This document shows positions 1-13,468 of a stretch of DNA of 64,000 nucleotides, piece by piece. Source of the DNA: Octopus vulgaris. Lineage: Eukaryota. A model generated the notes under the pieces. It saw only the letters and a program-made list of their open reading frames with translations. It was not told the origin of the DNA and ran no database searches. A program made the translations under genes and the position numbers. The stretch's first letter is position 1, and every line of letters begins with the position of its first letter. Where the stretch lies: assembly GCA_951406725.2 (NCBI GenBank), contig OX597825.1, positions 82,150,001 to 82,214,000 on the forward strand, in the 5' to 3' direction.

Positions 1-46
1 ACAAACACATAACAAAGGGAAATTGTAAGATACCGCACGAGTGGAA

Positions 47-511
47 ATATATATGAGAGAAGGTTTGAAAATGCAATTTCAAAAGGTGTGTTTATTCACT
101 TGACCGGTTTCACTTTTTTAGAAAAAGATTGTCAAAAGTAAAATGTAAAAGCTTTGTAAAAACTTTTTTGTGTTAAATACTGGTTGTCACAAAATATTAC
201 AATACATATAAAAGTTCATTGAAAATATATACATTCTTTGAACAATTTTCTTATTATTATCAAAGAATGTATATATTTTCAAGGAACTTTTTAATATTTT
301 CTCAAGATTTTTCCTTGTAAACTGTTTTAACATTTTTCTTCTTATTATTATCAAAGAATGTATATATGTATTGTAATATTTTGTGACAACCAGTACTTAA
401 CAGAAAAAAGTTTTTACAAACATTTTACATTTTACTTTTGACAATCTTTTTCTAAAAATGTGAAATCGGTCAAATGAATAAACATCTTTAAAATTGCATT
501 TTCAAACCTTC

Positions 512-524
<13 letters not shown>
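47..524. mobile_element. Foldback/MITE-like element with ~160-bp inverted arms and a nested inner inverted repeat
   Basis: Left arm ~47-210 (tatatgagagaaggtttgaaaatgcaatt...aaaatattacaatacatata) is the reverse complement of ~363-524 (tatatgtattgtaatatttt...aattgcattttcaaaccttctttcatata). Inner IR 210-240/261-291. Right end runs into (TA)n. Confidence 0.75.
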
Positions 525-579
<55 letters not shown>

Positions 580-765
580 GCAACACACAGACAAACACGC
601 GCACACACACACGTACATATGTATACACACAAACACATAGATAAATATAAGTATATAAATATTCATATATATACATATATGTATATATTACATATACACG
701 TATACATATATGAATATATGTGTGTGTATGTATGTATGGATATATATATACATATATACACACAC

Positions 766-821
<56 letters not shown>

Positions 822-1064
822 ATATATATATGTATGCATACATATATATCCATCTCTACCTATCTATCTATACACATGTATATATATTTATATCCACACA
901 CTCCTATATACGTACGCTCGCACACATATCTTATGGGCGTCAAAATCTCCATAAATGTTACCACCAAGACCCGCCGCTGTGAAGTTGACCTTTCCTGTGA
1001 GAATTCAAATATAGTGTGGGGACCATCTCGGTTGCTTTCCCCGACTATGCAGGAGGGACTTGTA

Positions 1065-1126
<62 letters not shown>

Positions 1127-1160
1127 TAACCTACCTGTATATAAGTGTATATATATATAC

Positions 1161-1201
<41 letters not shown>

Positions 1202-1247
1202 CACACATATATATATATATATATATATAATTATATGTATATATATG

Positions 1248-1285
<38 letters not shown>

Positions 1286-1490
1286 CTTAAATATATATAT
1301 TTATGCATGGAGAGAGAGAGAGAGAGAGAGAGAGCGCGCGAGAGAGAGAAATAGATATGTACACAGGTACATGCACATAAACATACGTGCACGCGAGTGC
1401 GCGCACATACACAAACACACACACACAAACACATACAAACACATACTCACACACACACGTACACACACGAATACACACACTTACACATAT
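516..1490. repeat. Compound microsatellite field (TA)n, (CA)n, (ATCT)n, (GA)n
   Basis: Directly visible; source of the YIYIYI/THTHTH ORFs. Confidence 0.95.
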
Positions 1491-1719
1491 TTCAGTGTAT
1501 GATCGACAGACTGATGCAGAGATATTGACAAAAAAAAAAGAAAAAGATATTGACATTCAGATACCCTGTTGGCCTTCTAGAAATAGCAGCAAAGTTACCC
1601 TGAAAGCACATTTTATCGTCTTAAAAAAAAAAAAAATTATAAAAGGAAATACCCAATTGGATAATGTAAGCCTAGATATACTATGCCTGAAAGTATTATG
1701 AAATAAATAACTAAATAAA

Positions 1720-2040
1720 TCTCTCTATATATAAAGCTGAAGTTGTCTGTGTTATGGCAGGTTTGGTAGCCTTCAACTAACACTATCTCCTCCGAGACCC
1801 TGCGGCGCAAGTTGACCAAAATTGAGATAGAAAAAGGCTTGCTCTTCCTTCCGTAGAAGAAAAAATTCAAATCAAACCTTGTTAAGGCCAACAATTATTT
1901 ACATCAAAACGGTGTTTGTTTTTCTATGAAAATCCCTACGTTTTACGATTTTTTGACTGCTGTGACGCCAGTTTTCGGTGTATTTCAACAAGAAAAATGT
2001 TCACTTAAAGAGAATAACAAGCTACATAATGCAAAATTTT
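1720..2040 (+). mobile_element. Non-autonomous Helitron-like element, 5' part
   Basis: Starts TCTCTCTATATATAAAGCTGAAG right after an A, the typical Helitron 5' signature. No 3' hairpin/CTAG seen; it runs into (TA)n at ~2040. Confidence 0.5.
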
Positions 2041-2093
2041 ATATATATATATATATAGAGAGAGAGAGATAGATACATACATACATACATACA

Positions 2094-2127
<34 letters not shown>

Positions 2128-2739
2128 CATACACTATCTGTCCTCATAGCATTCACTTATAGTAGGGCGCATCTGTGGTTAATCGTCACCCACCACAACA
2201 CGATGCCAAGAACTAAATTCCTTTGCCCTGATATTATGTGTATGTACATTAATAAATGTGCAAGTGGGCGTTTAAAGAGTGTTAATAAGAGAAATGTGAG
2301 GCGATGGCCAACAAATTTTGAGAAGCACTGATGTAAAACATTCTTCATTTGTCTATCCAGATTGTTAAATCTTTAATTACAAACCCCCACACCGCCAACG
2401 TTGCGGTTATGGCAAATTCTACGCGGGTTAGGTCAACGACTGTCTGTACTTCAAACTTGAAAGCGAAGCGAAAAAGCTAGGATAAAAATCAACAAGGAAG
2501 CAAATTGTGTCTAATTCATATCACAATGAACAGAACTTAGTGTGTGATTGTTGGAGAAGTGAGGGTGTGGGGCAGGATGGAATTAGATGGTTTGTAACTT
2601 CTGAACATTAACAAAAGGAGCGGTAGGGTCGCTCTGCTCAATTCACATAAGATTTCGTCATATATATCCATAGCGGTTATATACAAAACTTATCTACATG
2701 AGTGTACATGTGCGTGTATGTGTGTGTTCTTATATATAT

Positions 2740-2805
<66 letters not shown>

Positions 2806-3153
2806 TGAATGTGTGTGTGTATATGTATATGGACATATATCAGTATGCATACTATAAATATATATGTGTATGATACAGGAATCTTATATGCATGTATACC
2901 ATTCTGCTTAAATAATGGAACTGCAGATACAATATCCCTGCATATCTCATGTCTGTTTTCATTCCTCCACTTCACTCTCTATTTCATATCTTATCTAGAA
3001 TAACTATTCCTTAACCATTTTCTCACACCGTCTCCGATGAAGGGATATATAAAATATCCCGGAAATCTTTCACAGCCTTGGATTTTTATCTCATTCTGTT
3101 ATTTTTATATATATATATTGATATATGTATACATATCTATATGTATGTATATG

Positions 3154-3254
<101 letters not shown>

Positions 3255-3388
3255 AGAGTAGTTTTCTACCGAAAGAAATGCAAAAATGGACATAATTCTT
3301 CGAATTCTTTCCTTAAGCGATGCAGGTCATTGAAATTGCCCATGCTGGGTGAGAAATTCATCTTGTTCATCTTTACGGCTGCAAAATA

Positions 3389-3612
3389 ATGAGCTCCAAG
3401 CAGAAACGACGGGTTGACATCGACTTTTTAGCGTAAAGGAACTATGCGGCATGTGAGATCACACCATAGATAAGGGCAATATGCAAAAATAAGTAAATAA
3501 GTTTAAAGAAGACGAAACCAGCGTTGAAGACAAAACACACGATGGGAGACCGTCGGCTGCGATCACTGACACGAATCGCAAGAGAGCGAAATAATTGATT
3601 CGCGCTGACAAA
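3389..3612 (+). pseudogene. Decayed mariner transposase N-terminal (HTH) fragment
   Basis: Hand translation gives MSSKQKRRVDIDFLA* and DETSVEDKTHDGRPSAAITDTNRKRAK*LIRADK, matching mariner 'QR.vIeFL' and 'sleD.pRsGRP' motifs; stops present. Confidence 0.55.
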
Positions 3613-3789
3613 TAGAAATGTTTTGCATCTTAAAAACAGTTTGAACTCTGAAATTCTTATGATATTTAATTCAAAAAGTTATCTCGACCCAGGAAGCAGA
3701 TAAATGTTACTAAAGACAACAAAACACCAGAGTGATGATATTTCAGAAGATATTTCCAGGAGATAATTCTCGCCCCACGCCAACGGCTG

Positions 3790-4050
3790 CTGAACACTCT
3801 ATAAAGTGTAAATGAGACCCAGAATGGAATAATTCTTCCACAATTGGGGCGATGCTACTGCTGTTACACACACACACACACAAACACACATCCTGGGTCG
3901 CATGCAGAGAAGGGTTACATGGCTAACTGGTGTTCTATCAGTAAAGAGCAAGCTCCAGCCTTTGGCTCACAGGAGCTCTGTCTCCTCTCGATCTTTTCTG
4001 TAATTACCACAATGGCCTTTCTAGAACCCACCATCCACTCATCTCTTCAC
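3790..4050 (+). mobile_element. CR1-clade (Zenon-like) LINE ORF2 C-terminal remnant, split by a (CA)n expansion
   Basis: YKV*MRPRME*FFHNWGDA then HILGRMQRRVTWLTGVLSVKSKLQPLAHRSSVSS (from 3887), resembling 'YkaqvRP.mEYcshiW...LdrvQ.ra.rli...LqpL.hRr.v.s'. Confidence 0.6.
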
Positions 4051-4319
4051 CATTTGTCAGCCTTGGCCCCGTCCAACCAATCTTCTTACCGCCCCATGGA
4101 TCGAAACTAATCCTGTTTAAGGGTTACGTTAAGGGTACACGTGGTTTGTGGAATGCTCACTCAACTACTTATACGTTTGTTCAATCATTAACCTTCTTGC
4201 CTTTTATCTTTTATTTGTGTCACTCATTAAATTAACTCTGCAAAGGTATTAGACGGGGAGATAATCAAAGCAACACGGCTTGTGTGGTTGTCAAGCGATG
4301 GAAAGGACAAACACACATA

Positions 4320-4351
4320 TAACATACATACTGAATATATATATATACATG

Positions 4352-4424
<73 letters not shown>

Positions 4425-4450
4425 GTATTTACATATATACATGTATATAC

Positions 4451-4481
<31 letters not shown>

Positions 4482-4782
4482 CATACATACATATATATAT
4501 ATATATATTTCCACACATACATATGTACACACACATATATGTAAATATATATATATATATATATATAAATATAAAGCAAATAAGTAACAAGGGTGTCCGG
4601 GTATCAGTGGATTACGGCCGTTTTAGGCAGCTCCATTTAATCGAACAATACCTGAAACGGCCGTTAGGCACCAATAGTTTGACATCCTTGTATTTATTTG
4701 CTTCTTATTCACTTTACTTCGAGCTGTGCGGATAGAAACGGACTTACTTGGTGCCTCAGCCTAAGTACCCAATTCAACTAAA

Positions 4783-4821
<39 letters not shown>

Positions 4822-5209
4822 ATTTCTCTGAACTGGAACCCAAGTGATTACAAAGCGAGCGTTTAACTCCTCAGCCACACAATCCTCATTCAAGTGTTCA
4901 CAATTGAATAAACTGACTTGGAATACTCGACGTCGACAGCGATCCTTCCATATTTAAACTCCTGAGATGTGTAATCTACACATGGTAGATATATGTCTAT
5001 GATATACTTTAAAATAATTGTATGTTTTTTTAATTTCTTATATAATTGTGGGATTATTTGGAGCTCTCTGTTAATTCTTTCCTATCACACTTCATCTACA
5101 TCGTCTCGACCTCACAATTAAAATGTATTGCGCGTGTTGGTATGTCCATGTATATGCGTATGTTCATGATGCATACATACATACATACATACATACATAC
5201 ATACATACG

Positions 5210-5241
<32 letters not shown>

Positions 5242-5890
5242 ATACATACATGCATATTATCTCCCTGCCTAAAACGTTTGTATAAATACATACAAGGGTT
5301 TTAGACGTGAAAATAAAGCAACATTGCTTGTATGTATGTATATACACATACATGCATATATACGTACGTACATACATGTATACATACATATCCAAAATTA
5401 TATACAGCCACACATACATATATATATATTCGTGCGTATGTGTATGCATATAACAATAATAATAATAATAGTAATAATAATAATAATAACAACAACAACA
5501 ACAACAATAATGTGGTAATGGAAATGATGATAACGATAATTATAATTATGTGTACGTACACTTACACACATCCATACGTATGTCTGTTCACATCAACACA
5601 CAGTCTCTCTCTCTCTCTCACACACACACACAAACACAAGCACGTACAGGTTCACTAGCAGAACCACACACACACACACACACACAAATACACATATTCA
5701 CATACATATACACATACATAGGTGCGTACATGCATACATACATACATGCAAAACATACATACATACTTGCAAAATACATACATACATACATACATGTAAA
5801 ACACATACATACACACATACATACATAAATACATACATACATACATATAGACATACATACATACATACATACATATATAAATATACATGT
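4320..5890. repeat. Microsatellite clusters (CA)n, (TA)n, (CT)n, (ATAC)n, (AAT/AAC)n with short unique spacers
   Basis: Directly visible. Confidence 0.9.
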
Positions 5891-6299
5891 AATTGATTGC
5901 TTTTGCAGTCGTGCACTAAAATAACCTTGGAGTTACCATTAGCAAAAAAATGGTAAATTCTGATAAACTGACACTTGAGATATATGTTCCGAAAGCTGAT
6001 ACCCCGAAAATACCCCTTAAATACACACTAATTTTTGCTTCATTTGAAAACATTCCTTTCTCCTCTGACGTTGTTTTGTTTTTCTTGTCATTTTGAAATT
6101 ACTTTCTCCGGCTTTTGATTAAAATTGAAACGATTTATTTCGTAAAAAAAGCTGTTAAAAGAGATAGCAGAATGCAGCATGTTCCACTTCGTTCAAATTT
6201 ATTTAATGATTATTTAAAGATAACGAAAACGTGGTAGAAAATGGAACCGGAGTTAAGAATTTAGAATTAGCAGACATGTACTAAAGAACGTGGTGATAA

Positions 6300-6780
6300 T
6301 AATTCGACTAAAATTTAAAAGAGATATCCCTGGGACAATTTCTAGAGCTGATGTGCCTTCTAGGTTATCAACTGTTCTGTTAACATAAGAACTGAAATGC
6401 CGAAATATAGACATCCCTTTACTTCGACTGCTTTACGAAAATTTTGCGTTCGTAAGAATCTTGTTGACCAGTCAAATTCCGTAACGCGGAATGTACATTG
6501 ACTTTTATGTAAAGTGAAATCAATGGAAAACCAGTTTTCAAGTTACAGATTACCATGTTAAAATAAGCTTTTCAGAATTGCAGAGTTTTCGTAATGCAGA
6601 GGATACAGCTACTTACCAAAAAATCAAGAGAGAAACAATCAGAAATATGGGGACATGTGCTAATCGATATCATCGATTTTTATCAATTGATTGGGGAAGT
6701 TTTCTGTTTTGCTGGCCACGAAATGATGAAATGCCTGATTGACTTTAAGAGGCTGAGAAAACACTGGGATATTTTCTAGA
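6300..6780 (+). pseudogene. Possible decayed hAT (Tip100/ZMYM1-like) transposase fragment
   Basis: ORF 6594-6779 contains EKQSEIWGHVLIDIIDFYQLIGEVFCFAGHE, resembling the 'W..vL.riid.i.fl....l.frGh.e' motif. Boundaries uncertain. Confidence 0.35.
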
Positions 6781-6796
6781 ACGGAGGTGTCTTCTA

Positions 6797-7362
6797 TTGG
6801 GCTGTCCGGAAAGTTCGTGCCGATTTATATTAGCTTACATTTCGACTTATTTTAGAACATAGTTGAGCCCATAAAATAGGATTTGACTACACCTCTATTT
6901 AGAGAACAGTTTAAGCTATCTTTTCGTGGGAAAAGGTTTACGTTCCTATAACTTGCGTTAATTCTGTAACCCTTTAAAATGGAAGATGTGAAATTTCATT
7001 TTCGGCACTTGATGCTTTGGGAACCAGACAAAAATTGCTGCAGCTCGGCTGGGATGTGTCACCACACCCTCCATATTCACCAGATATTGCTCCTTCGGAT
7101 TTCCACTTATTCAGGTCTCTGCAGAATAGTCTTAATGGTAAAAATTTCAATTCCTTGAATGATGTAAAAAGATACCTCGATGAATTCTTTGCAATGAAAC
7201 TACCTCAATTCTGGGAAGAGGGTATTTTCAAGTTAAAGGAAAGATTGAGACGCATTGTGCAACAAAATGATTTATATTTGGTTGATTAAAAATGTAATGG
7301 CAAGTATTTATTGACTTTTTTCTTTCCTTTAAAAATCGGCACGAACTTTCCGGACAACCCAA
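6797..7362 (+). mobile_element. Internally deleted mariner transposon (mellifera-like), 566 bp, TA target duplication
   Basis: 30-bp TIRs TTGGGCTGTCCGGAAAGTTCGTGCCGATTT / AAATCGGCACGAACTTTCCGGACAACCCAA (1 mismatch), flanked by TA at 6795-6796 and 7363-7364. Confidence 0.93.
6979..7289 (+). pseudogene. Mariner transposase remnant: N-terminus joined out of frame to C-terminus
   Basis: ATG at 6979 gives MEDVKFHFRHLMLWE; another frame gives TRQKLLQLGWDVSPHPPYSPDIAPSDFHLFRSLQNSLNGKNF (YSPDLAPSD motif). The HTH and first two catalytic Asp are deleted. Confidence 0.9.
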
Positions 7363-7684
7363 TACAAAAACAAAGTTCATTGTGGGACAGTTATTCTAAT
7401 GAGCAATTTGAAGACAGAACGCTGAGCAGGAATGAGGTTGCTGGATGTTCATGCCTTTCTTACAGAAAGATTATTGGAATAAGGGAAGTTAATCGTCATT
7501 TAGTGGATATAGAATTCGGGATGCGCTGTTGATGTATCGTGAGGCCTGTTGGCCGCCATTCCTCGGCAAGGGTCAGTTATGGTGGTAGCATGTTTAAAAG
7601 TTAGAGATTTTCTTTCTTGAAATTCAGGGAACATTGTTCTGTCATCTTGGGCAGAAAACTCGAATGTCTACAGATGATAAAAAC

Positions 7685-8119
7685 ACGACAACGACGATGA
7701 TGACGATGACGATGATGCTGCTGCTACTGCTGCTGCTGCTGATGATGGAGTTGGTGGCGCTGGTCTTAATGTTGATGATGATAATGAGGACGATAATGAG
7801 GATAACGATAATGCTTATGACAATGGTGTTGGTGATGTCGACAATGATGGCAGTGGTAACGGTGATAACAATAAGCGGGCCCTGGAAATATTAAGGGTCA
7901 TGAACGATGTCTTTTCCAGTTTGGTTAAACGGTAACACCCCCACCCCCGCATAATTTATGTTCCCTACTTAACACAATTAACATAATCGTCGACATAACC
8001 ATCATCATCATCATCATCATCATCATATTGACCGTCATCGTGTTAGTATCGTCATCATCATCATCATCCTCCTCATCATCATCATTATCGTCATTATCAT
8101 CATCATCATTATCGTCATT

Positions 8120-8195
<76 letters not shown>

Positions 8196-8532
8196 ACCCC
8201 ATCATTATCATCATCATCATCATCACCTTCATCACGATCGTCATCATCATCAACACCATCATCACGAACGTCAGCAACAGCATCGCTATCACCATCAACA
8301 CCATCATCAACTCCGTCATCACCGTCATCACTATCACCGCCACTCTCAACATCACCCTCCCCATCACCCCCATTGGCGTCATCATCATCATCAACAACAT
8401 CTGTATCATTACTAAAACCACCAACACCACCACCACCACAACTAAAATCACCACCACCACCAACACCACCATTATCGACACCCCCCTCACAATGCTGGCA
8501 TCATCATCATCAGCACCATCACCATCATCATT
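7685..8532. repeat. Degenerate (GAT)n tract (7685-7872) and (CAT/CAC)n tract (7997-8532)
   Basis: Directly visible; gives the poly-M/poly-S/poly-H ORFs. Confidence 0.9.
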
Positions 8533-8902
8533 AATATGCTGCTGTTATTATATGTTCGCTGAGTTCGAAAAAGGAAACTAAAACCCGTCGCCCTCTCTAC
8601 AACTGCGGCGTCAAACCAAGATGAAAGGCGACCCCAGCGTCCCTCCAGTACAAGAATTAACCCTTAAGGGAATGTTACATACAGCGTGATGGGTAGTGCT
8701 TGCTTCACCCCTGGAGCAGTCATTATGTTTAACAATGTGGTTAGGGTGAGGTGCCGGTTTAACGCATTCAGATATTATTTTCAGGTCACCAGTGTAAAAC
8801 CTTCTGTGAATTTGTCATTACCCCACCTCACGAATTTATATATATACAAATGTATATATATACATATATATAAAATGCATGAATGCATGAATACATACAT
8901 GA

Positions 8903-8933
<31 letters not shown>

Positions 8934-8958
8934 CATATATATATATTTATGTATATAA

Positions 8959-9040
<82 letters not shown>

Positions 9041-9214
9041 GTGCGTGTGTGTTTTCTTTGCGTGTTGTAAAATTCAAATAGAAGAGAAGTAGGATTTGTA
9101 CTCAGATCTCGTAAAACCCCCACCCAAATAGGCTCATACGTTGAAGAACTCTCGCCTGAGTGATAACAAGGCCATGCATATATACATACATACATGTATA
9201 TATATATATATATA

Positions 9215-9400
9215 CCGTAAATCCTCGATTATAGTCCAACATCACAAAATGTGTCTGAATAAACATTGCCGGACAGCAGATAGAGACTCGGACATTGCTT
9301 AGAAAATAATTATCATTTTTAACCTCGTATATAATACGCTCTAGGGATTTTGACATTTAAATTTTGGGGAAAAAATGCGGATTATACTCATAGGATTTAC

Positions 9401-9402
<2 letters not shown>
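9215..9402. mobile_element. Tc2/pogo-type MITE inserted in (TA)n
   Basis: Ends TA|CCGTAAATCCT...AGGATTTACGG|TA; imperfect TIR extends to ~23 bp; 188 bp long. Confidence 0.75.
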
Positions 9403-9459
<57 letters not shown>

Positions 9460-10549
9460 CCAGAATTAGGTAAGGTGGATTATGTTTGTCACATTTTTTC
9501 AACTGCTGAAAGGCAAATACACTGCAGTTACCGTGGAGAATGTATTTCTCTTATGGTAAAAAGGTGTGAAAACACTGCTTGGTGCTAACGTTTCGTTATA
9601 TATATATATATATATATATACATACATACAGGTGCATGTGTATATTCATGCATACATACGCATATAAATACAAACGACTAGCAATGACCTGTTGCATAGT
9701 CAAATGCAACAGAAAAGATTAAGCCTTGGAAATGCAATCTTTGTGTCCAACATTTCCAATATTTCTTCAAATCTGGTTACGTAAGCCACATGAAATCTCA
9801 GAGGAATTTACGAAATCAGGGTGCATTCAACAATGATTTGTGATCATTTTATGGTTAAAATCCCAATGTATTATGGGGAAAATATCTGCTACAGTAACCT
9901 GGGCTTATGAATAGGCGTAAATAAGTTATATAAGCCGTATAGAAGTTTTGAATATTACTTGTCACAAAGGTTTGAATGTTTACAGGTCAATTCCTGGTAA
10001 TAAATCATGTTAGAGTAGAGAAACATCAAGGGAGATTATCGGGATGATGTACAGCAATCGAGGTGGCTACCATCTGTCAACTTTTGTACGTATGGGTAAA
10101 TTTATATATACATGCATATACACACATGCGTGTCAGCTATATGAAAATATAGAAATAGGTATTAAGGGCGATATTAAGTGCGGGGGCTTAATATAAATTT
10201 GAAGAGGACTATATATTTTTATTGCTAGCTGGATTCTTCATCGTTGCTTTACATCCGTTTCGCAAAAACAGTAAAAGGTAAGTTTATTATTGTAACATGA
10301 TATAGTGTTTCATAAAAGGAATTGAAACAAATCGCTACACCTATCGTTGGATTATTTAACATAATAAGAGAGGTATTTTCATTGGTTGTTGTATTTTAAT
10401 GGTTTCTGCCTTTTTTTGTTCGTTTAAACCTTTTTGGTGTTGCATGTGTGTAATTTGCTAAGACACTGAGAACAGGATTTGAGGGTGATTTGGCTGCTAT
10501 TTCAAGGTAATCGAGTGATTACAAGGGATGTTCTGTTCTTTTTTATTTT

Positions 10550-10685
10550 TTATTATTTTACTTGTATCAGTCATTAGACTGCGTCCATGCTGGGGCACCG
10601 CCGTGAAGAAATTTAGCCGAATGAATCAACCCTAGCACTTTTTTTAAAGCCCAGTACTTATTCGATCGATCTCTTTCGCCGTCCT
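10550..10685 (-). mobile_element. SINE family B 3' fragment
   Basis: cagtcattagactgcgtccatgctggggcaccgcc matches the family B tail at 47880 and 63147. Confidence 0.7.
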
Positions 10686-10789
10686 AAGAAGAGTCTTCGT
10701 TATCTGTTGAATTTGTAGGTTTCTATGAATTCGTTTGAAAAGTTTGATATCGTTTAAATTGCCTGATATAAGTTTGTCTGTGCACCACA

Positions 10790-11520
10790 GTACCTGAACA
10801 ATGAGGTGAGCAGAAGATAATTTAAAGCAGAACGCATCCATATCCAAAAACCTGAACCTAAAAACTGAAGTAAGTAGAAGCTTCAAAATAGAAAATTCCT
10901 TAGAGATAACATTCCACCCGAACCAGAAAATACCCAAATATTACATTAAACCAGACGACTTAGCTTATATATAGATAATAACTGAAGCCACCCACCTACA
11001 ATGTGTTCTTAGAAACCTTCAAATCATTTTGAGATATGAATCTTTGTAGTCCCTAATGGCGAAACTTCATATCATAGACACACAAGATGAATGAGAAGAG
11101 GCAAGAGTGAGACGATGGAATTTATTCTACCTCAATCAATGCAGGAAAATTTATAGCTCGAACTCATTTAAATACACTACAAACTTTGCTAGCTTCCTAG
11201 CATATATTAATAAGAAGAAAATATAATTTGAACTATCACAACGTAGAGACTGAAAATACAGAACTGCAGTTACCGTTCTCAAAACGTTTGACTAATCAAT
11301 GGGGAATAGTCTGGAAAAAAATCCTTTACATACGCAGCCGTCATATCAAACGTTAACTAAAAAAGCGTTGATAATATGAGAATGACTGCTTAATATATTT
11401 AAGAACAGATTCTATCAACATAATCATACGTTTAGAACATTGCAAAGCGGCGGATCTGATACCACAGATGCAAAACAGATCTGGAGAAAATATGACGAAA
11501 GGGCAACTCTTAGACAAGGC
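10790..11520 (+). mobile_element. Decayed Penelope-like retroelement (RT C-terminal part and GIY-YIG endonuclease region)
   Basis: KNLNLKTEVSRSFKIENSLEITFHPNQKIPKYYIKPDDLAYI...SHPP resembles PLE 'lkitie.n.k.vnfLdvt.....ykpy.KP.....Yi...SnHPp'. KNRFYQHNHTFR...KQIW (from 11401) resembles the GIY-YIG 'K.Ry..H...F....IW'. Confidence 0.55.
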
Positions 11521-12230
11521 ATAGGCTTATCGGCAGTGTTTCTGCATTCTAAAACAAGACATAATTACTAAAACATTGAACTAAAATAAACATAAAATTA
11601 AATTTCTTCATGCACTCACATGTGCAGACACCTCCTTAAATAACACAGTGGCATGTCAACAGCAGTAACTTGATATCCAAACAAAACATACTTCTCTTTT
11701 TAAATAATAGTTCGCGCCTTAATTGGCTTTAACGCCAGAATAACCTTCTCTGCCTAGAAATCTTCTGACATTTTCCCAAGTAAATGAACAGAGAATAATT
11801 AAATAAACTGGATTCTTTAACCCTAAAATAATTCACAAAAAAAAACCAAAGAACAAAAGAACCTTCTTTTTTAAAAAAAATTCACGCATTAAGTGCGATA
11901 CGTGGACGTAAACAAACCACCACCGTTTGTCAAGGTGTGGTTGAGGCCAAACACAGGCACAAAGACATACATAGATACACACAAACACATGACAGAACAC
12001 AAAAATACACACGTGCACATATATATATATGCATACATTCATGTATATATACACACGTTTGTATATGCATTTATGCATACATGTAACACTTGAATACGTG
12101 TTTTTGTATACGTATATATATATAAAGATATATACATAGAGTAGAACCACGGTTTTCGAACAATTCTGATTACGAATAAATCGTGCTTTATATATATCTA
12201 CATTTATTTATCTATGTATATCTTTATATG

Positions 12231-12316
<86 letters not shown>

Positions 12317-12879
12317 AGTGTGTGTGTGTGTAAATGCATATAATGTTTGACAGGCCTCTGAAAATATTTCCGACTACAATTATTCACGCACAAAGTATTT
12401 GTGAACCGGAGGATATAATAAACGACTCTTGCTCTGGGAAAACCTACATAGGGATCGAAACAGAAACGACGTAATTGTTAAACGACCTCCTTAACCACAT
12501 ATCCAATCATCTCAAAATGCTACATTTCCCCCTCGACTCAAATGTATGTAACCCTATACGTTAAGGGCGTAAACAAGCGAAACCTCCACAAAACACGAAC
12601 ATTTCAACACTCATTGACCTTGGTAAACTGTGACATCTTTAACGAAACTGACACCATTATTCTCATCTCTGCCAAAGCTGATGACGACTAATTGCGATAA
12701 TTAAGATTAATTATCTTGTATGGTCGCAGAGTAACAAGATTTTATCCCATCACACAATTCCAGACTTTGCTGTTTCTGGCTGACATTAGTGGCGGTTTTG
12801 GGACAGAATGTTTTGTGACGACTGACGAACGAAAGGAGATCGTTTATGGAGTTCAGCCTCCATCATCAGAGGAGTCAAT

Positions 12880-13084
12880 GTCACTAATGAAGTTGAAAGA
12901 GAGAGAGAGAGAGAGAGGGAGGGAGAGAGAGAGTGTGCCAGACAGACAGACTACAGAGGGGGAGATATTTATATTTTTCAATACGCACGCCTCCACATGC
13001 ACATAGATATAAATATACGTACACACACACACACGTATTTTTATATGTATATTTATATGTGTGTATATATATATATATATATAC

Positions 13085-13139
<55 letters not shown>

Positions 13140-13264
13140 CATATATGCATATATCTATATACAAGAATATGTATATGTGTATATACATATGTATATTCTG
13201 TTATTCTTTCATACGTTTCAGCCCTAAGGTTGTGGGCATGTTATAGCACCTTCATTGTGTGTGT

Positions 13265-13317
<53 letters not shown>

Positions 13318-13421
13318 GATAGATAAACAGATAGATAGATAGATAGATATACATATAGTCATGAATACATAAATACGTATGTATATATATATGTATGTAT
13401 ACATATCTACATATATGTAAG

Positions 13422-13468
<47 letters not shown>

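Noticed and set aside
12815-12875. Hammerhead-like boxes CTGACGA-AC-GAAA (plus) and CTGATGA-TGGAG..CTCCA-TAAA (minus)
   Set aside because: The first lacks stem II and UH; the second lacks GAAA and stem I.
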